Shown here: in pieces, positions 1 to 11,566 of the stretch
Position numbering within the stretch: position 1 is the stretch's first letter
Layout of the letters: every line of letters begins with the position of its first letter
Source: Sedimentisphaerales bacterium
GTDB lineage: Bacteria; Planctomycetota; Phycisphaerae; Sedimentisphaerales; SM23-30
Length of the DNA stretch: 64,000 bases
Direction of reading: 5' to 3'
NCBI GenBank assembly: GCA_963663805.2
Contig: CAXXMR010000013.1
Span: forward strand, 416,001-480,000
Made by a program: the position numbers and the translations under genes
The notes under the pieces: generated by a model
What the model saw: only the letters and a program-made list of their open reading frames with translations
Told to the model about the DNA's origin: nothing
The model's database searches: none

Positions 1-1
1 T

Positions 2-658
2 CTGGCCGTTCTGGGTGAGATGGCCGCGGGTATGGCCCATGAGATTCGTAATCCTCTGGGTGCTATCAAGCTGTATACTTCGATTCTGGAACGGGGCCTC
101 AAAGGTAATGAAGATTTGCTCCAGTGGGCTCGCAAAATCAGTAAGGGGATACATTCGCTGGATGTGATTGTGACTGATATTCTGGCTTTCACGCATGAGC
201 AGAATTGTGACAAGATAGCGGTAAACTTTGCGGATTTACTTAATGAAACTCTGGAATATGTTAGACCTCAGCTGAAAGAATCAGCGGTTGAGTTTGACCT
301 TGATGCTGTTGACCGTAAATTGCAGATTCCGGTTGACCGTTCCATGATGCAGCGGGTTTTGATGAACCTTATCACTAACGCTTTGCAGATGATGTCTGAA
401 TCGGGGACGCTTACAATCAAGGCTGGTCGTTGTGCCGATGAGCCGCCTTATCAGGTGCGAATCAGTGTTGAGGATACCGGGCCGGGGATTAAGGCTCAGG
501 TTATGCACAAGATATTCAATCCATTTTTCACCACTCGCGATACCGGCACGGGTCTGGGACTGGCGATTGTTCATAGACTCGTCGAATCGCACGGCGGCGC
601 TGTTACCGCGTCGAACAGAGATACCGGCGGTGCTTGTTTTACGATTTTATTGCCCTGA
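2..658 (+). CDS. Two-component sensor histidine kinase, C-terminal part (5' end outside window)
   Basis: H-box AHEIRNPL, N-box NLITNA, G1 DTGPGI, F-box FNPFFTT, G2 GTGLGL; frame open back to the window start. Confidence 0.95.
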   Translation: MAVLGEMAAGMAHEIRNPLGAIKLYTSILERGLKGNEDLLQWARKISKGIHSLDVIVTDILAFTHEQNCDKIAVNFADLLNETLEYVRPQLKESAVEFDLDAVDRKLQIPVDRSMMQRVLMNLITNALQMMSESGTLTIKAGRCADEPPYQVRISVEDTGPGIKAQVMHKIFNPFFTTRDTGTGLGLAIVHRLVESHGGAVTASNRDTGGACFTILLP

Positions 659-679
659 CAAACAGGAAAGACGCGGATT

Positions 680-2118
680 ATGGCCCATATACTCGTTGTA
701 GATGACAAAGAAATGATGCGTGACTCACTCCAGGCGACGCTCGCTATGGCTGGTCACGAAGTCGTTGCTTCGTCCGGCGCTCACGAGGCCCTGGAGCAGC
801 TGGGTGCTTTTCCTTTCGATATGATTATCACTGATTTGAAGATGCCGCGTATGGATGGTTTGATGTTTATCGAGGAGATTCGCAAACGCAGCAACGAAAT
901 TCCGATTGTTATGATGACCGCTTATGCCAGTATCGCCACCGCAGTGGAAGCCATGCGTAAAGGTGCTTACGATTATATCCAGAAACCGTTCGATGCTGAC
1001 CAGATTCAACTGCTGGTTGATCGTACGCTGGAGCATCATCGTCTGCTGAAAGAAAATGAGGCGCTTCGCACCACCGCGCACGACTGGCAGCGGGGCCGGA
1101 TGTTTATCGGTTCGGGCCCGGCGATGGACAGGCTTAATGAACAGATAGGCCGGGTTGCCAATAGCTCGGCTTCGGTGCTGATTATCGGAGAATCGGGGGA
1201 CTGGTAAAGAGATGGTTGCCCGTGCCCTGCACGCCCGCAGCGGCCGCGGTGAAAAACCTCTATTGGCGGTTAATTGTGCCGCTTTGAGCAGCAATCTTCT
1301 GGAAAGTGAACTGTTTGGCCATGAAAAAGGCGCTTTTAACGGTGCGGATAGGGCCCGGAAGGGGCGTTTTGAATTATCCGACGAAGGTACTTTACTGCTT
1401 GACGAAGTAAGCGAAATGGACTTGAACCTTCAGGCTAAACTTTTGCGGGTTCTTCAGGAACGTGAATTTGAGCGGGTTGGTTCCAGTCTTACGCGTCAGG
1501 TTGATGTTCGTGTTTTGGCGACGACCAATCGTGATTTGCAGGAATGGGTTCGCCAGGGCAAGTTTCGTGAGGATCTTTTTTATCGGCTTAACGTTGTTCC
1601 TATTGCTGTGCCTCCTTTACGGGAGCGCAGTGGTGATGACATCGAACAGCTTTGTGAATATTTTCTCACCCGCTGTGCCAGGCGTGAGGGGGGCGGATGT
1701 TTGCCAGCTTACCCCCGGCGCTTTGGAAATGCTCAAATGCTACCGTTGGCCGGGCAATGTTCGTGAACTGGAAAACCTGATGGAGCGGGTTTCGATACTG
1801 GGCGCTTCCGATGTGATTACCGAAGGATCGCTTCGGCCCTGGCTGGATGGGAAGCATTTTTCGTCTCCGGCGGTGGAAATGTCAGCTGGTATGCCCGACA
1901 CTTTTTGTATTGAAGACATGGAGCGTCAATTGATTAAGAAGGCCCTTGTCAAGTATGACGGACACCGTCAGAAAACCGCTGACGCGCTGGGAATCGGACT
2001 GCGTACCTTGGGCATGAAGATAAAAAGATGGAACATGACCGAGATTGGGCAGGCCGAAATTAGTGAAATTGAGGACCGGGCAAGTTCTGCCTCTTCCCGC
2101 GCAACAATTGCCGGGTAG
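680..2118 (+). CDS. Sigma54-dependent response regulator (REC-AAA+-HTH; NtrC/FlrC/FleR type), two apparent +1 frameshifts
   Basis: Receiver DLKMP/KPF; GESG(T)GKE restored by removing one G at 1195-1199; [25 protein letters not shown] after removing one G at 1688-1693; C-terminal Fis-type HTH. Confidence 0.93.
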
Positions 2119-2321
2119 TCGGAGTCAGGGTTCTGGTAATACTGAAAAGCGGTTATCCACAAAAAGTTAATAATGTGCGAAATGCTCATGGGACAAATTC
2201 TTTGAGAAGGGTTTGAGGCGAACTAAATGTTTTATTGAGCATTAGTTATGTAAAGCGAGGGCCGGTGCTGCCCGTCTTGGGCAACTAAAGTTGAGCAGTG
2301 CCGGCTACTACGCTTGACCTG

Positions 2322-2337
2322 TGGCATAAATTTTGCA
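2322..2337 (+). promoter_or_regulatory. Sigma54 (-24/-12) promoter for the flgB operon
   Basis: TGGCAT-AAATT-TTGCA with exact GG-N10-GC spacing, ~67 bp before flgB and just downstream of a bEBP gene. Confidence 0.85.
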
Positions 2338-2403
2338 TTGTAGTGCGGTTGGTGTATTCCCGGTGCATGCCGGGACCGCAAAAAGAGACAAAAGGAAACA
2401 CGG

Positions 2404-2841
2404 ATGTTTATTGAGGGCTTACTGAATCGTGGCGCGACTCCGGTACTGGAAAAGGTATTATCCTTTACCCAGCAGCGGCAGGAGGTGCTGGCCAATAATA
2501 TCAGTAATCTGGATACCGTAGGCTACAAAGCCAAAGACCTGCCGGCGGAGAAGTTTTTCGCCGCTCTGAACGAAGCGGTTGAACGGCGGGAAAAGGGCGG
2601 GGCCGGCGCTCGGCTGGAAATTCGCAGTACCGGCGGCATAAGCGTGGACTCTGCCGACAGCATGACCATCCAGCCCATCGAAATTGAGGACAGTAATATC
2701 CTCTTTCATGATGAAAATAACCGTTTTATCGAAAAGCAAATGAGCGAAATGTCGCAAAATGCCCTGCTGCACAATCTGGCCACCGAAATGTTGCGGGCTA
2801 AATACGGTGGATTGCAAACCGCCATTCGTGGTCGGCTCTAA
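2404..2841 (+). CDS. flgB: Flagellar basal-body rod protein FlgB
   Basis: RQEVLANNISNLDTVGYK motif, size, gene order. Confidence 0.95.
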   Translation: MFIEGLLNRGATPVLEKVLSFTQQRQEVLANNISNLDTVGYKAKDLPAEKFFAALNEAVERREKGGAGARLEIRSTGGISVDSADSMTIQPIEIEDSNILFHDENNRFIEKQMSEMSQNALLHNLATEMLRAKYGGLQTAIRGRL

Positions 2842-2860
2842 AATATGAGGATAGTGAACG

Positions 2861-3254
2861 ATGTTTAATGCCATAAATACTTCGACATCAGGTATGGTTG
2901 CTCAGCGGATTCGGCTGAATACTATTGCTATGAATATGGCAAATATTGACACCGTGGAAACTCCTGAAGGCGGACCTTATCAGCGTCGCAGTGTGGTTTT
3001 CTCGGAAGGTCGCGACCGTGACGGCGGCGAAGGTGTTCACGTTTCCGAAATCAATAAAGAAGATGTATATCGCTGGGAATATGACCCGCAGAACCCTTAT
3101 GCCAACGAAGATGGTTTTGTTAAAATGCCCGGTATCGACTCTTTCACCCGAAATGGTCAATGCCATGGAAGCCACCCGTGCTTACGAAGCGAACCTTACC
3201 GCTATCGAGTTGAGCAAAGGGATGTTGAACAACGCATTGAGGATATTGGCTTAA
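2861..3254 (+). CDS. flgC: Flagellar basal-body rod protein FlgC (+1 frameshift at 3147-3149)
   Basis: NTIAMNMANIDT...GPYQRR; C-terminal EMVNAMEATRAYEAN lies in the next frame. Confidence 0.93.
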
Positions 3255-3267
3255 GATTTAATAAGGT

Positions 3268-3331
3268 GCGTCGGCGGAGCCGGCGTCGGATAATTGCAGG
3301 ATGCCCGGATTTCGCCTTGCGGAAAAGGCGA
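3268..3331 (+). promoter_or_regulatory. Cluster of GGA motifs, three in hairpin loops (CsrA/RsmA-type leader of fliE)
   Basis: CGGC-GGA-GCCG, GCA-GGA-TGC and TCGCCTT-GCGGAA-AAGGCGA, plus two further GGA, within ~65 nt. Confidence 0.55.
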
Positions 3332-3351
3332 CCTGAGCCAGAGGCAATAAG

Positions 3352-3666
3352 ATGGTAGACAATTTTAATTCAATTTACACCGATAAGCTGACCAGCAACA
3401 ACGGCCAGACCAAAGGACCTGCCAACGCAAGTGCGCCGACCGACGGCAAAGATTTTCAGACTACACTCAAGGAAAGCATTGATGAGGTAAATCGCTTGCA
3501 GGCTGAGGCTGACCAGGCGATGTCGAACCTCGCTACCGGCAAGACCGAAAACGTTGCAGAAGTTTTCACCGCGGTTAAAAAAGCTGAGCTTGCTTTCCAG
3601 ACCCTTATGCAGATTCGCAATAAGCTGATGGACGCTTACGACGAAATCAAGCAGATGAAAGTATAA
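3352..3666 (+). CDS. fliE: Flagellar hook-basal body protein FliE
   Basis: KAELAFQTLMQIRNKLMDAYDEI C-terminal motif. Confidence 0.95.
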   Translation: MVDNFNSIYTDKLTSNNGQTKGPANASAPTDGKDFQTTLKESIDEVNRLQAEADQAMSNLATGKTENVAEVFTAVKKAELAFQTLMQIRNKLMDAYDEIKQMKV

Positions 3667-3692
3667 ACACCTTAACAGAGGCTGAAGAATAA

Positions 3693-5383
3693 ATGAGTTT
3701 TCCTCCGCAAAGCATTAGAGCAGATTCAGACCCAATTGCGTGATTTGACTGTCAGTCAAAAGTTGGCGATTGGTGCCTTTGCGGTTATTGCTCTTATCGC
3801 GATTTTCTGGGGTGTGCAGCTTTCCGCTCAGCAGGAAAAGGTTGTTCTGCTCAACCAGGGTTTTGATCAGGAACAGCTCACGCGGATTATCAACAAGCTC
3901 GATCAGTGGGCCGAGAAATACGAAGTCAAGGGCAATCAGATTCTCGTGCCCCGCAGTCGTGCCAACGCTCTTTCTTACAAACTCGCTTCGGAAGATGCTC
4001 TGCCGGACGATATTTCCGCGGGTTTTATGAAGCGTCTGGAAGATAATGATATCTGGACACCGGCTTCGGTTCGTGAAAACAAAGATACTATCGCATTACA
4101 GGTAGAGCTGGCCGCGACAATCAATACTTTTCCCGGCGTTGATTCAGCCAAGGTGTTCATCAATCGCGGCGACCAGCGTCGGCTCAACAATATGACACCT
4201 ATCGCGACCGCATCGGTTTCGGTCAAGCTGTCTTCCGGCAAGGCCCCTAACCGCAAACTCGCCACCGCCATCGCCGGTTTTGTCGGTTCCGCCGTCAATC
4301 GTCTTAAACGCGAAAATGTCGAAATTATTATGAACGGTTCTCTTATTCCGGTCGTTGCTGAGGACCAGGAGTTCGGCACGGATTACCTGGAACAAAAACT
4401 TCAGTATGAAAAATACTTCCGTGAAAAAATTCTGGATGTTTTGCCGATTCCCAATGTTTTGGTTCAGGTTGATGCCAAACCGCGTAATACTCACACGAAA
4501 AAGCAGGAAGAAAAAATTTCTCCCGAAGGTAACGGTTCGCTGGTGGTCGCTCAGGAAGAAACCGCCACCGAGGAAAACAATAATCGCACCATGGCTAATC
4601 GCGAACCCGGCATGATGGCCAATGTGCCGGACAATAACTCCGGTTCCAATGGTACAACCCAGAGCGAAACTCGCGAAGACACCTCCCGCCGCAATACCGT
4701 AATTCCGGGCAGTACAATTATCGAGGAAATTACCCCTGCCGGCGGTATTCCGCGTGAAGACATTACCGCTACTGTTAGTGTTCCTCTGGAATATTTCGAG
4801 GGTTTGGCCAAACGTGAAGCCGGCGGAGACGCAGAACCAGACGATGCCGCTGTTAAAGCCGTCATGGAACGTGAAATACCCAACCTCAAAGAGGTTGTCA
4901 TGCGGGCACTTAACCTGCACGGTGAAGATTATGCCGAGCAGGTATTTGTAAGTTCGTACTGGGCCGGCGGGCTTGTCGCGGCTGCTGGTGCTGGTGCCGG
5001 TGGTCTCGATGGTGCCGAAGTGGTTCAGGAAGGCTCGGTCGGTGGTATAGCCAAACGCTACGGCAAACACATCGCGGTTTCCGTACTGGCGATGTTCTCA
5101 CTCATGATGGTGCTGATGATGGTCAGACGCAGCACCAGTGTTACCGACCTGACCGATGAAGAAGCCGCGATGCTCACCGGCAAACCTCCGCTGGACGCTT
5201 TGGGGGTGGAAGAAAGTCCCTTCGCTGACTCCGATGAAGTCGGCGGATTGCCTCAGCGGTCTGGAACTGGACGAAGGAGCCGTACGCTCCCAGCAGGTTC
5301 TTGAACAGATTCGCACTATGGTACAGGAATCACCCGAAACCGCGGCCAAGCTGGTTAATAAATGGATTAAGAAAGACGCTTAA
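3693..5383 (+). CDS. fliF: Flagellar MS-ring protein FliF (+1 frameshifts at 3698-3701 and 5251-5252)
   Basis: Two TM segments, ring-building ATASVSV motif, C-terminal ESPETAAKLVNKW; corrected N-terminus MSFLRKALEQIQTQL. Confidence 0.9.
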
Positions 5384-6409
5384 TGCCGACGCACGAAGAA
5401 ATCCTGATGCGCATGTCCGGGCTGCGTAAAGCCTCGATTATCCTGCTTTCGCTGGGCAAGGATATTGGTGCGCAGGTGATGGCCCTGATGGACCGCGGTG
5501 ATATTGAGGATGTTACGCGTGAAATCGCGGAAATAGAAGGTATTGCTCCTCTTGAGCAGGATGCTGTTTTGGATGAATTTTACAATCTCGCTTTGGCCCA
5601 TCGTTATATGGACCAAGGCGGTCTTTCTTATGCTCAGGCCCTTCTCGAAAAATCACTCGCGCCCGAAGACGCCGCCGACATTTTGCGTCAGGTTACTCAG
5701 ACTATTCAGCAGACCCCTTTCCAGTTCCTGCAGAAAGCCGAGTCCGAGAACGTCCTGACGTTTATTCAGGACGAGCATCCCCAGACCATCGCCCTGATTC
5801 TCGCTCATTTGCAGGCGCAGAAATCTTCCGAAATTCTTATGTGGGCTTTCCCAGCAGAAACAGGTTGAAGTAATCAAGCGTATTGCTTCGATGGAGCAGA
5901 CCAATCCCGAAGTAATCCGGGAAGTTGAAATCGGTCTTGAGTCACGTCTTAGCGATATTGTTTCGCAGACCTTCGACAAGGCCGGCGGGATTGACGCGGC
6001 CGCGGAGATTCTCAATCTTGCCGACCGTTCCACCGAAAAAGGCATTCTTGAAAGTCTCGAAACCGACGACCCGGACCTGGTCGAACAGATTCGCCGTCTC
6101 ATGTTCGTCTTTGAGGATATCATGCTTGTCAACGATAAGGGCATTCAGGCCGTGCTCAAGGAAGTCGATAACGACGAACTCGCTCTGGCCCTCAAAACCG
6201 CCAGTGAGGAACTCAGAGAGAAAATCTTTGGAAATATGTCCGAACGTGCTTCTCAGCTTATCAAGGAAGATATGGAATATATGGGGCCGGTTCGTCTTAG
6301 TGATGTCGAGTCCGCCCAGCAGAAAATTGTTGATATTGTCCGCCGGCTTGAGGATGCCGGAGAAATCATCATTGCCGGCCGCGGGGGTGAGTCGGATATG
6401 GTTGTTTAA
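5383..6409 (+). CDS. fliG: Flagellar motor switch protein FliG (+1 frameshift near 5842)
   Basis: EHPQTIALIL, MFVFED and NMSERA...MGPVR motifs. Confidence 0.95.
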
Positions 6410-6427
6410 TTAGCTTAGGTGTAGATT

Positions 6428-7233
6428 ATGGTGTTAATGAAATCCGCAGATTTTGCCGCCAGCAGCGATAAGAAGGAAACCTTCAACTTCAGTGACATCG
6501 CTGCCGAAGCTCGTGCCCTGATTGCCCAGGCCCAGAAAAAACGCGACCAGATGATTGCCGACGCTCAAGTTCTTATCGAGCAGTCCCGCAAGGACGGGTT
6601 CGAGGAAGGGAAAAAAGCCGGCCATCAGGAAGGTTTCGCTCAGGGCCAAAAAGAAGGTCACGAACAGGCCTTCGCGGAAGCCCAGGTAAAATACCAGAAA
6701 CAAACCGACCAGACCCACACAATGCTCAATGAAATATTGCAGAATTTCGAGCAGATTAAAAACTCAGCTTCTCTGGCAGGCTGAACAAGGGACAGTTGCC
6801 CTGGCCCTGGCCATCGCCGAGAAAGTTGTCAAGCAGAAAGGGCTGGGTTCTTCTCAGGTTGCCTGTCAAAACCTCAAGGCGGCCCTGGAGCTGCTTTCCG
6901 GCACGACCGATATCATCGTAAAAGTAAATCCCCAGGATATTGAACATCTGCATCAGATGGCAGATAAGAGTGGACAGACCTTCGGCAGCTTCGAACATAT
7001 AAAGTTCGCCCCGGATGAAAGCATCCATCCGGGTGGCTGCCTGGTCAAAACCCCCAACGGTCAGATTGACGCCGATTTGGAGACCCAGCTCAGCAGAATC
7101 GCTGACGAATTGCTTATGACCAAAACGTGGGCCGAGCCTCGAAGTTCGGTCTGGCCAGGATGTTAATTCTGAATCTCAAATGGCGGCGGAATCAGATGTT
7201 CGTAATATTAATGAACCAGAAACCAGGAAATAA
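6428..7233 (+). CDS. fliH: Flagellar assembly protein FliH (+1 frameshift at 6758-6762, probably also 7122-7125)
   Basis: GxxxG repeats (GFEEG-GHQEG-GQKEG), GGCLV motif; corrected frame stops just before fliI. Confidence 0.88.
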
Positions 7234-7237
7234 ATAA

Positions 7238-8612
7238 GTGTCCGAAACTATTGCCGACAATATGACTCAAAGATACGAAGCCTTGCGGCGAACGTTCACG
7301 TTCGAGTTGCGTGGGCGGATTGTCGGCATGACAGGTTTGACTGTCGAGGTGGTAGATTTCGCGGCTCCTGTGGGTGCCCTTTGTGACATTATCACCCGGC
7401 ACGACCATCAAATTCCCGCTGAGGTTATCGGCTTCCGCGGTGAAATTTCCGTACTTATGCCCCTGGCTGAAATGACCGGTATCGCCTGTGGCGATCACGT
7501 TACCTGCAAGAGCGTACAACGCTCCGTCCCGGTAGGATCGCAATTGTTAGGCAGGGTGATCAACGCCCAGGGTCAACCAATAGATGGCAAAGGACCGCTG
7601 CTTTGCCAGACACGCTCGGCGATTTCCGCTGAGCCGCTTGAGCCCCTTTCCCGTGTTCGCATTAACACACCGCTCGGTACCGGCATTCGTGCTATCGATG
7701 CGCTGATGACCTGCGGTTGCGGACAGAGAATGGGTATTTTCAGTGGACCCGGTGTCGGCAAGAGTGTCTTGCTCGGGATGATTAGTCGTTACAACCTCCG
7801 CCGATGTATCAGTCATTGCCCTGATCGGAGAGCGTGGCCGTGAGGTCCGGGAGTTCCTTGAGAAGGATCTCGGTCCGCGCGGCCTCGAACGTTCGGTTGT
7901 TGTGGTTAGCACCTCTGATGAGCCAGCCCCTTTAAGGGTGCAGGCTGGTTTTGTTGCTACATCTATTGCTGAACATTTCCGTGAACAGGGTGCCAATGTG
8001 CTTTTACTGATGGATTCGGTAACGCGTATTGCCATGGCCCAGAGACAAATAGGTCTGGCGATGGGTGAACCGCCTGCCACACGCGGCTTTACACCCAGCG
8101 TATTCGCACTGCTGCCCCGTTTGTTTGAACGGTGCGGTCGCAGTGTTCGGGGAAGCATCACCGGCTTCTTCACCGTCCTGGTCGAGGGTGACGACATGAG
8201 CGAACCAATTGCCGACGCCGTACAGTCTATTCTCGATGGTCACCTTTGGCTTTCGCGTGACCTCGCTAACCGCGGGCATTATCCCGCTCTTGACATGCTG
8301 CATAGCATCAGTCGAGTCATGTCCGATATTACCGGCGACGAACATAAAAAGTTCGCGCGTCAGGTAATCAAGCTCATCGCGACGTATAAAGATATTGAAG
8401 ATCTTGTCAATATCGGGGCTTATGCTCCCGGCGCGAATGCTGAATTTGACCTGGCGGTGCAGGCTCAGCCGGCGATAAACCAGTTCCTTAGTCAGGGCAT
8501 GGACGAATATGTTTCTATCGACCAGACACTCGAACAATTAAAGCAGCTTAACGACGCCATCGCTCACGCCGGCAACCGCGATTTCACGGCAGGCGCCAGC
8601 CTCGTTGGCTGA
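7238..8612 (+). CDS. fliI: Flagellum-specific export ATPase FliI (+1 frameshift at 7793-7794)
   Basis: Walker A GPGVGKS, LIGERGRE, Walker B LLLMDS, GEPPATRG. Confidence 0.95.
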
Positions 8613-8678
8613 TAAACAGAAAAAACCGCAAAACAAAAAACCCGTAACGAATGATGGCGGGAATTTAAGGATTGAGCC

Positions 8679-9146
8679 ATGAAGAAATTTAACTTCCGGC
8701 TCGAGCCGGTGCTGAAACTTAGAAAACAGATTGAAAATCAGAAGAAACGTGTCGTCGGTGATATGATGGCCGAAATCAACCAGCAGCAGCAGCGGGCCCT
8801 GGAGCTGGCTGATAGTATCCGCGACGAAGGCCAAAGAGTAAAAAACCTGCAAGAGCAGGGACAGGTAGACCTTGAATGGATGTCATACTATTATCGCTAT
8901 GTCGCCCAGACCCGCCAAGCTATCCAGTTGCGCATCAACAATGTTATGAACATGCAGCAGAATCTCAATACTGCCCGACAGGACCTGTCTCAGGCCGCCC
9001 GGCAAACCAAAGCGCTTGAGAAACTCAAGGAAAAAAGAAAAAACGCCTACATGCACGAATTTGAACATCAGCAGAGAAGAGAATGGGACGAAATCGGTAG
9101 CAATCTCTACCTTAGAAAAATGAACCATAAAAAGGAAGATAATTAA
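8679..9146 (+). CDS. fliJ: Flagellar export protein FliJ
   Basis: MKKFNFRLEPVL start, coiled coil, position after fliI. Confidence 0.92.
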   Translation: MKKFNFRLEPVLKLRKQIENQKKRVVGDMMAEINQQQQRALELADSIRDEGQRVKNLQEQGQVDLEWMSYYYRYVAQTRQAIQLRINNVMNMQQNLNTARQDLSQAARQTKALEKLKEKRKNAYMHEFEHQQRREWDEIGSNLYLRKMNHKKEDN

Positions 9147-9158
9147 ATCTGACTGACT

Positions 9159-9791
9159 ATGAGTAAAATCGTTTTTGGAATTTTAATCGCTCTATTGCTC
9201 ATCCAGAGCCTGGCCCTTACTGGCTTTTTGGCTTATGGATTTGCTACCGGCCATTTCGACGGCGAAATGCGTGACCAGTATATGGCCACCTGGCGTGGCG
9301 AAAAACTTGTCCCGCCGCCGGTGGAAGAAGAGGTTAAAGTAGATGCCGAAACTCCCCAGGAAGCTGGTGCGCGTATCGCTCAGGCGGAAATTGAACGTGA
9401 AGCTCTCTCTCGTGATATGCAGAGACATGTAGAATTACTCAGGAATATGCAGTTCTCTGTAAAAGCTGCCCAACAGCAGGTGGAAAAAAATCTCAGGCAA
9501 CTTAATGAGGATCGGACAACCTTCGATACTCAAGTTGCCGCATATCAGCAACGCGCCCTTGATGAAGGTTTCCAGAAGGCGCTCAAGGAATATTCGCTAC
9601 TCAAGCCCAAACAAGCCAAAACTGACTTCATGAAAATGGCCGAGGACGAAGCCGTTCGCTACCTCGCCGCCATGAAACCTGATGTCGCCAAAAAAATACT
9701 TGAACAGTTCCGCACTCCCGAAGAAGAACAACGCCGGCTTACTCTGCTTAGAATGTTAAATGAACAGGGTGTCATTGCCCTGGGAAAATGA
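9159..9791 (+). CDS. MotE/YlxF/FlbB-like flagellar membrane protein
   Basis: N-terminal TM, coiled coil, MgtE-N-like repeats (LKPKQAK...MKPDVAKKIL); lies between fliJ and fliK. Confidence 0.65.
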   Translation: MSKIVFGILIALLLIQSLALTGFLAYGFATGHFDGEMRDQYMATWRGEKLVPPPVEEEVKVDAETPQEAGARIAQAEIEREALSRDMQRHVELLRNMQFSVKAAQQQVEKNLRQLNEDRTTFDTQVAAYQQRALDEGFQKALKEYSLLKPKQAKTDFMKMAEDEAVRYLAAMKPDVAKKILEQFRTPEEEQRRLTLLRMLNEQGVIALGK

Positions 9792-9809
9792 TTTCCATAA
9801 GAGGAAAAA

Positions 9810-11543
9810 ATGAGCGAAATTAACGCTGCCGAAAATTCCAGTAATCTTATGAACATGTTCGCCTCGAACAGTTCTAAGGGCAATGCCGATTATCAGAGTG
9901 ATAGTTTTGATACCTATCTGGATTCTGCTCAGCAGGACCGGGTTGCCTCGAAAAATTCTTCCTCTGACAAAAACGCCTCGGCGGGTTCTGCTCAGGACTC
10001 CAGGGCATCCAAAGCCGAAAATCAGAAACCCGAACAAGCCGCCTCTGAAGATACTCATGCCGATGATATAGACCAGGCCGCGGACAATACCGGGACCACC
10101 GAAGATACCGCACCGGTCGCCGATAACGATAACACCGAAAGTCAGTCTGATACCGCCGAAGAAAATCCTTCTGATAATCAGGAGCAGTCGTCCAACTCCG
10201 ACAAACCAGTCGATAGTGAAGAATCCGATTCCGAACTCGCCGCCGCTGTCGCACAAGCCGCGCTGGACACCCTTGTAACCGATACGGACGCCGCCGTGTC
10301 CCCCGCTCAGTCTGAAAATCAAAACAGTGACACAACGCAGTTTACAACCCAGCTTACCACTCAGCAGGTCCAGGCCCAGCCCCTGAACGGCCAGGCCTCC
10401 CAAACCAACGCCGCCGGTCAGACTGATACCAACCTTCAAGGCCAAACCCAACAGACCCCCAACCTCAACGCTGATGTAAAGAACACCGAAACCCAGAATC
10501 ACAATAACGCAGACCTTAACTCCCAGAACGCTCAGAATCAGACTACCCAAGTCGCTGCTCAGCAAACCACCCAGCCGGTTGTAAACGCCGAAGAAAAAAC
10601 CTCAACTCCGCAAACCACTCAGAACCAGACCCCCGCCGAGCAGACAGCCACTGATTCTCAGACTAACACGGTTATTACCGCCGCTTCGCAAAATCAATCC
10701 CAGGCCAACTCCAGCCAGGCTGATACTTCTCAATCTCAGAATCAGCAGGCTTCGCAACAGGCCGCCCCGGAGATTGTCGCTGAAGCCAAAGTTGAAAAAG
10801 ATGAATCGGACCTCAACCAGACACCCCGCACCGCTGAAGCTCACACTAAAGAACGCACCGATAAAACCACCACGGATACCACCGCTGCTAACCAGAACGT
10901 CGAAGTTACTGCCGCGGCCCAGGCCAATGTGACGAACCCGACACGCGGCCCAGAAAAAGCCACCTCCGGCGAATCCGAATCAACTGCCCCCGTCGGCAAT
11001 ACCGCACCAACCGATTATCGCGACCTTGACATCAAGCTCGTTTCGCGTACCCCGGCAACGCAGTCAGGTTCAGAAACTGACATGCAGCAGAATGTAGACC
11101 AGGTGGTTCGTGCCGCCCGGCTTTCCGCGGCCCGTAACAATTCACAGGTTACCATTCGCCTCGACCCGCCCGAACTTGGCTCAATGCGGGTGCAAATCAA
11201 ACAGACTTCAGAGGGCATGAACGTCCAGCTTCAGGTTGCCAACACTCGTGCCCACGATATGCTCCAGCAGAATTCCGGCGACCTTCGTGCCGCCCTTGGT
11301 TCGCAGGGTATCAACGCCAACCAGATACAAATCGAACTACGGCTCGACCTCAACAATGAACAAAACCCCGAACAGCAGTTTAACGATGCCGCTCAGCAGC
11401 AAAATCAGCAGCAGGAACAGCCCCGGGAACAGAGTGAGTTCGAGCAGGCTTTTGAATACGAAAATGAAAATGATACTGCCCAGACCGTACCGGCAGGTGC
11501 CTGGCAGGAATTAACCTTTAATTCCCTGGACCTCCAGGTCTGA
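9810..11543 (+). CDS. fliK: Flagellar hook-length control protein FliK
   Basis: Low-complexity Q/T/S/A N-terminus; C-terminal IRLDPPELGSMRV motif. Confidence 0.92.
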   Translation: MSEINAAENSSNLMNMFASNSSKGNADYQSDSFDTYLDSAQQDRVASKNSSSDKNASAGSAQDSRASKAENQKPEQAASEDTHADDIDQAADNTGTTEDTAPVADNDNTESQSDTAEENPSDNQEQSSNSDKPVDSEESDSELAAAVAQAALDTLVTDTDAAVSPAQSENQNSDTTQFTTQLTTQQVQAQPLNGQASQTNAAGQTDTNLQGQTQQTPNLNADVKNTETQNHNNADLNSQNAQNQTTQVAAQQTTQPVVNAEEKTSTPQTTQNQTPAEQTATDSQTNTVITAASQNQSQANSSQADTSQSQNQQASQQAAPEIVAEAKVEKDESDLNQTPRTAEAHTKERTDKTTTDTTAANQNVEVTAAAQANVTNPTRGPEKATSGESESTAPVGNTAPTDYRDLDIKLVSRTPATQSGSETDMQQNVDQVVRAARLSAARNNSQVTIRLDPPELGSMRVQIKQTSEGMNVQLQVANTRAHDMLQQNSGDLRAALGSQGINANQIQIELRLDLNNEQNPEQQFNDAAQQQNQQQEQPREQSEFEQAFEYENENDTAQTVPAGAWQELTFNSLDLQV

Positions 11544-11566
11544 CCCAGAAGCGGAAGGAGATTTAT

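Noticed and set aside
4144..5070. Long antisense ORFs (also 9756-10565, 46630-47607, 48845-49765)
   Set aside because: Shadows of well-supported genes on the opposite strand, with no recognisable motifs
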